A DNA stretch of 60,625 nt, taken from NCBI GenBank assembly GCA_007127095.1, contig SKZY01000185.1, positions 1 to 60,625 of the forward strand. Direction: 5' to 3'. Position numbers and translations under genes: made by a program. The stretch's first letter is position 1. Every line of letters starts with the position of its first letter. The stretch comes from Planctomycetaceae bacterium. Its GTDB lineage: Bacteria > Planctomycetota > Planctomycetia > Pirellulales > Pirellulaceae. The notes beneath the pieces are model-generated. The model saw only the letters and a list, made by a program, of their open reading frames with translations, was not told where the DNA came from and did no database searches. Positions 44,214-52,230 of the stretch are shown piece after piece.

Positions 44214-45679
44214 TGGTTTCCCTGCGTGAATGCGATCCGCATACCGCTTCGGGCTTGCGCCGCGAAAATGCCAGCACGGTTTGGAGTCGGGCCGGCGTTC
44301 AGATCATGTTGCTCACTTTGGGTACGGTCGGTTGGGGGTGTGGGTCGAAAAGCGACCACGCCGCGTCGCCACCGACACAGCAAACGACCGAACCAACGGC
44401 AGCGTCCGACCGTCCGCATGGCGCCGTCGGCAACGAAACGGAGGCGGCTAAAAGCGATCTTGCGGCCGAAGAGACGAAGCCGTCTGGTTCGGTAACCGCT
44501 GCCGATGACGGCGATCGTCCGACTCGGGTCGCCGCCCCGCATCCGATCGATGGACTCGCCGAAGGCCAGAAATACCGTGCCGCGATCCGAGCGCTCGACG
44601 CCGGCGAATTTGCGACCGCGGAGCGATATCGTGACGAACTGAAGGATCATCCCCAATTCTCGGTGTTGGCCGACGCGATCGCAGGTTTCGCGCTGGTTAA
44701 ACGTGGCCAACCCGAAGAGGCGATCCGGATCGCGGAGCAGATTTCACGAGTCCCGGTGATGCAGACCGAAGCCTACCTGCTGGCCGGTGAAGCCTTTCAC
44801 GCCCAAGGGATGTGGGCCGACGCCATCGCCGCCTTTCGCGGGGCGCTGTCGACCCACGCCGATTGCCTCCGGGCACATCGCTGGCTCGGGGCGACGCTGT
44901 ACGACACCGGCGCGATGCGGACGGCGGTTGAGCATTTCCGTACCGTGGCCGATTTTGATCCCGACGACTTCCGCACGCTGCGACTCGCCGGATTGATCCA
45001 CTATGACTATCAACAATACGACGAAGCGATCAAGGATTATCGGCGTTTGCTCAGCAGACCGATGCCGATCGAGATCGAGATCGCCATCCGGCTCGAACTG
45101 GCAGATTCACTGCGCGAGTTGCGAGATTACTCGGCCGCGTTGGAAGTCTTGCGCGATTGTCCGGCTGGTGCGGAAGCCGACGTCGCCGCTTTGGAAGCCG
45201 TTTGTCATGAATCGGCCGGTGACGAAGACGAAGCCTTGAAATCGGCCAACGAAGCGATCGAAATCGAACCGCTCCACCGCCGTGGCAATTTGGTGATCGG
45301 CCGCATCCGTCTCGGTCGACGCCAATGGCAAGACGCGATCGAGCCGCTGCAAATCGTAGTGGAAGCTGACCCGTCGGCGCATGAGCCGCGGTTCCTACTC
45401 GGCCGTGCTTTGCTTCAGTCGGGCCAGCAGGAAAGCGGAGAAGCCGAGTTACAACGTTCCACGGAACTGAAGGAATTGACCTTGGAACTCGCCGAATTGC
45501 ACCACCGAGCGATCGCCGAACCGGACAATGCCGAACTGCGATTGCAAATGGGACGCTTGGCAGAACAACTCGGCCGCGAGCGATCGGCACTCAGCTGGTA
45601 CCGTGCCGCCCAGGGACTCGATCCCGAACTCGCCGAAGCCGCCGCCGCAGTGACCCGGCTCGCGTCGCTAGCAGACTGA
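44210..45679 (+). CDS. TPR repeat protein (lipoprotein-like N-terminus)
   Basis: The ATG overlaps the upstream stop (ATGA at 44210-44213). It has multiple TPR units (for example AYLLAGEAFHAQGMWADAIAAFRGAL and YDEAIKDYRRLL). A possible lipobox is TVGWGC. Confidence 0.8.
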   Translation: MMVSLRECDPHTASGLRRENASTVWSRAGVQIMLLTLGTVGWGCGSKSDHAASPPTQQTTEPTAASDRPHGAVGNETEAAKSDLAAEETKPSGSVTAADDGDRPTRVAAPHPIDGLAEGQKYRAAIRALDAGEFATAERYRDELKDHPQFSVLADAIAGFALVKRGQPEEAIRIAEQISRVPVMQTEAYLLAGEAFHAQGMWADAIAAFRGALSTHADCLRAHRWLGATLYDTGAMRTAVEHFRTVADFDPDDFRTLRLAGLIHYDYQQYDEAIKDYRRLLSRPMPIEIEIAIRLELADSLRELRDYSAALEVLRDCPAGAEADVAALEAVCHESAGDEDEALKSANEAIEIEPLHRRGNLVIGRIRLGRRQWQDAIEPLQIVVEADPSAHEPRFLLGRALLQSGQQESGEAELQRSTELKELTLELAELHHRAIAEPDNAELRLQMGRLAEQLGRERSALSWYRAAQGLDPELAEAAAAVTRLASLAD

Positions 45680-45683
45680 TCCT

Positions 45684-45723
45684 TCGGTTGACTAGTCGGT
45701 TGACTGGTCGGTTGGTTGACCGG
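45684..45723. repeat. Short tandem repeat (about three units of 12 bp, TCGGTTGACTRG)
   Basis: Read directly: TCGGTTGACTAG TCGGTTGACTGG TCGGTTGGTTGACCGG. It lies in the intergenic gap just after the TPR gene stop. Confidence 0.85.
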
Positions 45724-45852
45724 CAGCTTCACCGCAGCTTACATTTTCGGCGTCCGGCTTCTAGGCTGATTGCCGCGGCGATCGTCCAGCAGCACAAGTC
45801 AGTCGTTCCGACCGCTTTTGTCCTTCCGTTACTCGCGTCGGGAAAAGCCACC

Positions 45853-47979
45853 ATGCAGCGTGCCGTTACTTCGCTCCTGATCCTCAGCTTGGGGCTATCG
45901 GTCGAGTGGTCGCTGATCGGTGGGCAGGTGGCCCAGCGATGTGAAGCCGCCGAACCACCGACGATCGAAATCGAGGCGAGCGCTGACCTGGCCCGATCGA
46001 TCGAACCGTTGATCGCTGGACACCGAGGCGAGGTCGCGGTCGCGATTAAGCACCTCGGGTCGGGGGTCGGCTTCGTCCACCGTGGCGATGTGCCGATGCC
46101 GACGGCCAGTCTGATCAAGCTGGCCGTGTTGGTGACGGTTTACGACCAACTCGAATCGGGCCGGTTGCGTGCCGACCAATTGCTGGAACTGACCGAGGAA
46201 GACAAGGTCCCCGGCTCGGGAATCCTAACCACGCAGTTCTCCGCTGGAACCCAGATCACGCTGCGTGACGCGATCCGATTGATGATCGCCTATTCGGATA
46301 ACACCGCGACCAATCTCGTCGTCGAGGCGATCGGCTTGCCGGCAACCGCCGACCAGATGGTCCGACTCGGTTTCCCGAACACCAAGTTGCACAGCCTGGT
46401 CTATCGCCGCGACACCTCGATTTTCCCAGAACGCAGCCAGCAATTCGGTCTGGGCAGCACCACTGCGTTGGAAACCGTCGCGCTATTGGAGGCGATCGAT
46501 GGCGGAACGTTGCTCAGCCGCCAGGCCTGCGACGAGATGCTCGATCATCTCTACGCCTGCGAAGATCGGAGCAAGTTAGTTCGCTTACTGCCACCCAAAG
46601 TCAAGGTTGCACACAAGTCGGGCTACGTGTCGAAAACTCGGGTTGATGCCGGACTGATCGATGGCCCGCAAGGGCGGATCGCGATCTGTGTGCTGACCGA
46701 TAAAAATGCCGACGTCAGTTCGGCCGATGACAACGAAGCTTCGTTGCTGATCGGTAAAATCGCGGCGCACGCGTATCGGCATTTCTATCCCGATTCGGCA
46801 ACCGCCGATCCGCCGAATGCACTGCTCGGCCTAGCTCGGTCGGCCAGCGGACCGCTGGTCGAGTCGCTGCAGCGATTGCTGAATCGCAACCTGTTACCGT
46901 CACCCGAATTAGCCGTCGACGGCGACTTCGGCCCGGCGACCGAAGCGGCATTGCTGAAGTATCAAAAATCGTTAGCCGTGGCTGCTACCGGCAAGATCGA
47001 TCAGGCGACCTTGCGGGCGATGGCAACGGCCGTCACCGACCTTGGTCAACGCGACTCGGCGGGGACGGACAGTGAGCCTACCCCGATCACGATTGCCGAG
47101 GACTTCACCGGGCCGCCCGTGGTCAGTTGTCGCGCTTGGGCGATCGGCGATGCCTCAACCGGCGCCCTGCTGTTCGAGCAAAAAGCGAACGAACGTCTCG
47201 ACAATGCCAGCACGACCAAACTGATGACCGCTTGGCTGGTTGCCAAGTTGGCACAAGATGCCCCCGAAGTCTGGGACGAAACGATCGAGTTTTCTCGCCG
47301 CGCCGATGACACTGCTGGCTCGACGGCGGGGCTGATAGTTGGCGAAAAAATACGTGTCGGCGATCTGATCTACGGACTGTTGCTCCCGTCCGGAAATGAT
47401 GCGGCGGTCGCGATCGCCGAACACTTCGGCGATCGACTGACGCCCACCGATTCGAACCCTGCCGATTCGGAGTTAGGCGAAACCGAGTCGGACGAAACGA
47501 CCGAATCGAACCGACAGGCGATCGCCTCCTACGAAGCCTTCGTCGCGGCAATGAACGATGAAGCTACCCTACTGGGACTGACGCAAACCGGATTTCGCAA
47601 TCCTCATGGATTGACCGCCGAAGGGCATCACAGCAGCGCTGCCGACCTGTTCCAGCTGGCTAACCTCGTGTTACGAGACCCCAAGTTGGCCGAAGTAACT
47701 GCGACTCACAGCTACCGAGCCGACGTCACCAAACCCGACGGGACCACACGCCAGGTCACCTGGAAAAACACCAACCGACTGCTCTCGATCGCAGGTTACG
47801 GCGGTGGCAAAACGGGAACGACAACCGCCGCGGGGGCCTGTTTGGTTGCCAGTGGAAACCATCAAGGGAGTCATCTGATCGTCGTCGTGCTGGGGGCCAG
47901 TGGGTCGGCGGCCCGCTATGCCGATGCCCGCAATCTGTTCCGCTGGGCGTGGCGGCAAACCGTCACGTCCGGAGAGTGA
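45853..47979 (+). CDS. Tri-domain peptidoglycan enzyme: class A beta-lactamase-like serine hydrolase + PG-binding domain + S11 D-alanyl-D-alanine carboxypeptidase
   Basis: Signal peptide from the ATG at 45853. Module 1 motifs: ASLIK (SxxK), YSDNTATN (SDN), HKSGY (KxG). The linker LQRLLNRNLLPSPELAVDGDFGPATEAALLKYQ is PG_binding_1-like. Module 2 motifs: ASTTKLMT (SxxK), LPSGNDAA (SxN), GGKTGTT (KTG). Confidence 0.85.
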   Translation: MQRAVTSLLILSLGLSVEWSLIGGQVAQRCEAAEPPTIEIEASADLARSIEPLIAGHRGEVAVAIKHLGSGVGFVHRGDVPMPTASLIKLAVLVTVYDQLESGRLRADQLLELTEEDKVPGSGILTTQFSAGTQITLRDAIRLMIAYSDNTATNLVVEAIGLPATADQMVRLGFPNTKLHSLVYRRDTSIFPERSQQFGLGSTTALETVALLEAIDGGTLLSRQACDEMLDHLYACEDRSKLVRLLPPKVKVAHKSGYVSKTRVDAGLIDGPQGRIAICVLTDKNADVSSADDNEASLLIGKIAAHAYRHFYPDSATADPPNALLGLARSASGPLVESLQRLLNRNLLPSPELAVDGDFGPATEAALLKYQKSLAVAATGKIDQATLRAMATAVTDLGQRDSAGTDSEPTPITIAEDFTGPPVVSCRAWAIGDASTGALLFEQKANERLDNASTTKLMTAWLVAKLAQDAPEVWDETIEFSRRADDTAGSTAGLIVGEKIRVGDLIYGLLLPSGNDAAVAIAEHFGDRLTPTDSNPADSELGETESDETTESNRQAIASYEAFVAAMNDEATLLGLTQTGFRNPHGLTAEGHHSSAADLFQLANLVLRDPKLAEVTATHSYRADVTKPDGTTRQVTWKNTNRLLSIAGYGGGKTGTTTAAGACLVASGNHQGSHLIVVVLGASGSAARYADARNLFRWAWRQTVTSGE

Positions 47980-47980
47980 C

Positions 47981-49804
47981 ATGAGCCATCCCTATGGAAT
48001 GCTCAGCCTGCTGCCGCCGGTCGTCGCGATCCTCTTGGCGATCGCGACCCGCAAAGCGATCTTCGCTCTCTTGGCAGGGTTGTTATGCGGCTCGCTGATT
48101 ACCCGTCGCGGCGACCCGATCGGTGCCATCTATGACTTGTTGGAAGTCCATCTCTGGCCCACGTTGATCGACCCCGGCAAATTACGTGTGTTCTGCTTCA
48201 CCTTGCTGATGGGTGGGCTGGTCGGGCTGGTGATCCGCTGTGGCGGCATGCGCGGCTTGGTCGCTTCGATCTCGCCGCTGGCCCGCTCTCGCCGCGGTGG
48301 CCAGCTAACGACTTGGGCGATGGGATTACTCGTCTTTTTCGACGATTACGCCAATACACTGCTGCTCGGCAATACGATGCGGCCGGTCTGTGACCGGTTG
48401 CGGATCTCACGAGAGAAACTCGCCTATGTCGTCGACTCGACCGCCGCACCGGTAGCCGGACTGGCGCTGCTATCGACCTGGGTCGCCGTCGAACTCGATT
48501 ACATCCGTGAAGGTCTCGCCACGATCGGCAACCCTACCGGCTTCTCGGCGGTCGAACTCTTCGTCGCCAGTATCCCCTACCGGTTTTATGTGCTCGGTTC
48601 GTTATTGATGGTCCCACTGGTGGCGTTTCTGGGCAGAGACTTTGGCCCCATGCTGGCCGCCGAACGACGACGACTTGAAGGCGATTCCGATTCATCACCG
48701 GCCGAGCCGACCGCGGCCGCCCGGAGCGGATCGCCCGCTGGACCGCTCATCTCGCACTGGAGCAATGCTGGCATCCCGATTTTGGTTACCTTGGGCGTGG
48801 TGATGTGGTTGCTCTACCTGACCGGCTTGTCTGCCCTCGGCGACCAACTGTCAAGCGATGACGGCGGTGGCGAACGTCCGCCACTGCGTGAAATCATCGG
48901 GGCTGCCGATTCGTCGGTGGCGTTACAGTACGGTTCGTTGGTCGGATTGCTGGTCGGGATCGTCCTGTGCCGGTTCCATAAACTACTCAGCTACGGCGAA
49001 ATGGTCGATGCGATCGGTCGAGGCGCAGCGCTCGTCCTGCCAGCGATCGCGATCCTTTGGTTCGCTTCGGCCTTATCGCGGATGACCAGTGATCAACCGG
49101 TCGCGGGTCGGACGAGCGTTGGGATCGTTGAAACCACCGCTGTTTCCTCTCAGGACCATTCCCCGCGGAACGGGAACTCCGATCCGGCACAGCAAGCCAA
49201 CGAAAGTGACTTTTTTCCGTTTCAGGACCATCGCCTCTACACCGGCGACTATCTGAAACGGTTGGTCGTCGGTGAAGACGAATCGAGCAGCCGCGATGTC
49301 GGTACGACGTTGCGACTGCTGCCGACGGTCACGTTCATGCTGGCCGGTGTGGTGGCTTTCTGTACCGGGACGAGTTTCGGCACGATGGGGATGTTGATCC
49401 CCTTGGTAGTGACGTTGTCGCATTCGTTGCTGTCCCAACAAGGGATCGGCATGACGGCCGACCACCCGCTGCTGTTGGCAAGTCTCGGCGGTGTCCTCGC
49501 CGGGGCCGTGTTCGGTGACCATTGTTCGCCGATCTCCGATACGACCGTGTTGTCGTCACAGGCCTGTGGATGCGACCACATCGCCCATGTGATCACGCAA
49601 TTACCCTATGCGGTGGCGGTGGCTTCGGTGGCGATCTTGCTCGGTACACTGCCGGTCGGCTGGGGTGTGTCACCAACGGTTTTGCTACCGTTGCAGGCGT
49701 TGACCTTGTGGTTGATCGTCCGCTACGTCGGCCAACCGGTCAGCCACCCAGCGATCAGCGGGAAGGAAGATTTCCAAGCAATCCGGAGTACTGATGAGCA
49801 TTGA
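47981..49804 (+). CDS. Na+/H+ antiporter NhaC family membrane protein
   Basis: The ATG at 47981 lies 2 nt after the previous stop and is preceded by GGAGAG. The N-terminus LSLLPPVVAILLAIATRK and the motif FFDDYANTLLLGNTMRP are typical NhaC-family motifs. It is multi-TM, with a hydrophilic insertion of about 70 aa near residues 380-450. Confidence 0.82.
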   Translation: MSHPYGMLSLLPPVVAILLAIATRKAIFALLAGLLCGSLITRRGDPIGAIYDLLEVHLWPTLIDPGKLRVFCFTLLMGGLVGLVIRCGGMRGLVASISPLARSRRGGQLTTWAMGLLVFFDDYANTLLLGNTMRPVCDRLRISREKLAYVVDSTAAPVAGLALLSTWVAVELDYIREGLATIGNPTGFSAVELFVASIPYRFYVLGSLLMVPLVAFLGRDFGPMLAAERRRLEGDSDSSPAEPTAAARSGSPAGPLISHWSNAGIPILVTLGVVMWLLYLTGLSALGDQLSSDDGGGERPPLREIIGAADSSVALQYGSLVGLLVGIVLCRFHKLLSYGEMVDAIGRGAALVLPAIAILWFASALSRMTSDQPVAGRTSVGIVETTAVSSQDHSPRNGNSDPAQQANESDFFPFQDHRLYTGDYLKRLVVGEDESSSRDVGTTLRLLPTVTFMLAGVVAFCTGTSFGTMGMLIPLVVTLSHSLLSQQGIGMTADHPLLLASLGGVLAGAVFGDHCSPISDTTVLSSQACGCDHIAHVITQLPYAVAVASVAILLGTLPVGWGVSPTVLLPLQALTLWLIVRYVGQPVSHPAISGKEDFQAIRSTDEH

Positions 49805-50126
49805 GCAATTGACCGCTTCGCAGCGGAAAATCATGACCGAGCAGGGCGAAGTCCTCGGCAGCAGCTACGGATGGCCCGGGGGCCAATACTGCGCGATCCA
49901 CACCGATCGCGGTATCATCGGTTGCGGGCTCTACGATTGCGGTGTCGCAACCCACTTCGGGATCGCGGTTGCCATCGCCCGTGGCACGCCCGAACAGCCG
50001 CTGAGAGAGCCCGAAGACCTGCTCTCAGCCCGCGTCGCCGACGTCAGCGAAGCAGCGTCCGCGATGGGGATCGAAGTCGGCATGACGGGCCAAGACGCCC
50101 TGCGGCGGATGCTTGAGCCCAATTGA
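49794..50126 (+). CDS. DUF1805 (YunC-like) domain protein
   Basis: GIIGCGLYDCGV...AIARG...LLSARVADVSEAASAMGIEVGMTGQDALRRML aligns well to B. subtilis YunC as I remember it (GYIMCGALDV...LGIKVGMSGREALLKML). It overlaps the nhaC 3' end by 11 nt. Confidence 0.8.
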   Translation: MSIEQLTASQRKIMTEQGEVLGSSYGWPGGQYCAIHTDRGIIGCGLYDCGVATHFGIAVAIARGTPEQPLREPEDLLSARVADVSEAASAMGIEVGMTGQDALRRMLEPN

Positions 50127-50136
50127 GCTGCGGCGA

Positions 50137-51909
50137 TCACTCAGCCCCGACCGTTCGCCGCGCCAACTCGCCCGCCACCCGGGTTCGTTCTTCGGGCGTA
50201 TCATGCAACAGCCTCAACCCGGTTTCGCCCGCGGCGGCAAACAGGATCTGTTCGTACTCTTCGTCGGTGATCAATCCCTTGGCACGGAACATGGCGATTT
50301 CTGCAAGGTGATCGATCCGGTCGGGCCGCGGCGAAGCGAGCAACGAATCGATCCGTGAGGCAGCGTGACGGGGCGCCAGCGGCGGCATCGGCTGCAGCGC
50401 CGCCTGTTCATCGAGAGCCGCAAAAGCGGGTTGAATCAACTCATTCAAAACGGCCGTCAGGTCTCGCCTTTGTCCGGCTACCAAGACATCGCGTTTGCTG
50501 ATCGATTTGGATACGCCCACAGCCCTCTCGGTCACGCAGTTGATCACTCTCAACCGAGCGTCGTATTGGGAATCGTCGGTGTGGGTTTCCTTCACGATGA
50601 TGTCAAAATGAAACAGCACCGCGATCTCGTCGCGGCGGCATTTTTCCAATGTCTCCTTCAGCGAACCGATACCGACAAAATCGACACCGGGAATCCACAT
50701 GTAGGGCTCCTCGATCGATTCGCTAACGTTCGTATCGCTGGCCAACATCTTTTCAGCGATCGAGGTTCCGCGGCTCTCCAGATCGGTCAGCACCGTACCG
50801 AAAAGGCCGGAATTGACTCGCCGTGTCAGCTCAGCCTTCAACAATTCGGCGAGTAAACCCAAGTGACGGTCGAGAATCTCGTCAGCCATCACTTTGGTAT
50901 CGACCAACTGTCGGACCGGTTCCTCGGCGGCCGCGGCCCGTCGCCCACCGGGCATGCCCAGTCCCCCGTCAGCCGACATCATCATCTCATCGGACATCTC
51001 GCCAGCAGCCCCCCCCGCCGCAAGCATCCCGGATTCCATCTCTTCGAAACCCGCACTGCCCGACTCCATCGAGCCACCCGACTCCATCGAGCCGCCGCTG
51101 GCACGATTCGAGGCACCGCCACGCCCGCGTGCCATCGCACGCCCCCGCCGCGGACCGGCCGGTTCGGGTGGTTCCATCCCTTCCCGAATCGGCTGTGGGT
51201 CATCGACAAACTCGTCGGCGATCCGTGCCTCGACCGATACGCCGATCCGCTGGACCCAAGCCGGACGCCGCATCAGTGGGCTGTAACGAACCGCTTCGAT
51301 GGCCGCCGCAGCCGATTCGGGCTCGGCGATCAGGTGGGCATGAAAATAGGCCATCGCTTGACGCTGGTCGCCTCGAGCCGCCGCGAACGCCGCTTGTTCG
51401 AGGAGTGTCGGGCGAAACCGCATCGCTTCGCCACCCAAGGGACGGTTCAAGAACTCCGCGATCGGGTTGGTATAGCTCCCGGCCACACCCAACATCATCC
51501 CTTGAAGTCCTGGCGTCGGCTTCTGCTGCGGGCGACCGTAACCGGGCCCGGGCATCATCCCGCCGCTGGAGTCACCTCCGCCATATTCGTCGTATTCGGC
51601 GCCGCCACCGAGTTCGATATCGCCGGCCGCCCCCGGAGTGGACATCATGCCTGATGAGGAAGGTACCCCGCCTGATGAATCGCTCGGCGTCGTCGCGCCC
51701 GCACTGCTGGAATCACCCATAGCCGCTGACTGGCTCTGAGCGGCTGCCGAATTGGCCGAGTTTTCGACCGAAATTCCGATCGAATTGGCGACACCACCTC
51801 CTTGGCCGGACGCTGATGTGACCCCGAAAACGATCAGCATGCCCAATACGGCATGCCGTCGACCAAGGAGGAGCGCGGCGGCAGAGGATAAGACGAGTGG
51901 ATTGAACAT
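50137..51909 (-). CDS. Hypothetical secreted protein with Gly/Ser/Met-rich low-complexity regions
   Basis: ATG start, signal-like N-terminus LGMLIVFGVTSASG. Low-complexity segments (SSGMMSTPG, GGMMPGPGYG, GGSMESGGSMESGSAGFEEMESGM...EMSDEMMMSADGG). The structured C-terminal ~250 aa have no family I recognise. Confidence 0.6.
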   Translation of the reverse strand: MFNPLVLSSAAALLLGRRHAVLGMLIVFGVTSASGQGGGVANSIGISVENSANSAAAQSQSAAMGDSSSAGATTPSDSSGGVPSSSGMMSTPGAAGDIELGGGAEYDEYGGGDSSGGMMPGPGYGRPQQKPTPGLQGMMLGVAGSYTNPIAEFLNRPLGGEAMRFRPTLLEQAAFAAARGDQRQAMAYFHAHLIAEPESAAAAIEAVRYSPLMRRPAWVQRIGVSVEARIADEFVDDPQPIREGMEPPEPAGPRRGRAMARGRGGASNRASGGSMESGGSMESGSAGFEEMESGMLAAGGAAGEMSDEMMMSADGGLGMPGGRRAAAAEEPVRQLVDTKVMADEILDRHLGLLAELLKAELTRRVNSGLFGTVLTDLESRGTSIAEKMLASDTNVSESIEEPYMWIPGVDFVGIGSLKETLEKCRRDEIAVLFHFDIIVKETHTDDSQYDARLRVINCVTERAVGVSKSISKRDVLVAGQRRDLTAVLNELIQPAFAALDEQAALQPMPPLAPRHAASRIDSLLASPRPDRIDHLAEIAMFRAKGLITDEEYEQILFAAAGETGLRLLHDTPEERTRVAGELARRTVGAE

Positions 51910-52230
51910 CAGCGACGACTCCCAATTCGACGGGGCGTGGCGGCGATTCGACCAACGTCGAACGCCAAATCATTCAGCAATTCTATCCGATCGCTGAGCC
52001 ACGAAGGGTTAAAATCAAATTGTTACGCGGGATTTAACGCTTTTTCGGAACTCGCAACGTTTTTCGGGTTTCCAAGTCAAGGTTAAATCTGAGTTCCCAA
52101 CGCGACCTTTCGACATTCGCCGTTCGCCCGCCGGGGGCCGCGGCGTAGAATCAGCATGTCCGTGTGAAGCACGACGCTGCCGATGCGTCGGCTATCGCCC
52201 GGCGATTTCTGCGACTGATATTTTGCAACG

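Noticed and set aside
50823-51722. 299-aa and 263-aa plus-strand ORFs opposite the Met/Gly/Ser-rich gene
   Set aside because: They are Pro/Arg/Ser-rich mirror translations of a low-complexity gene. The minus-strand ORF is far longer, has an ATG start with a signal-like N-terminus, and has a structured C-terminal region.
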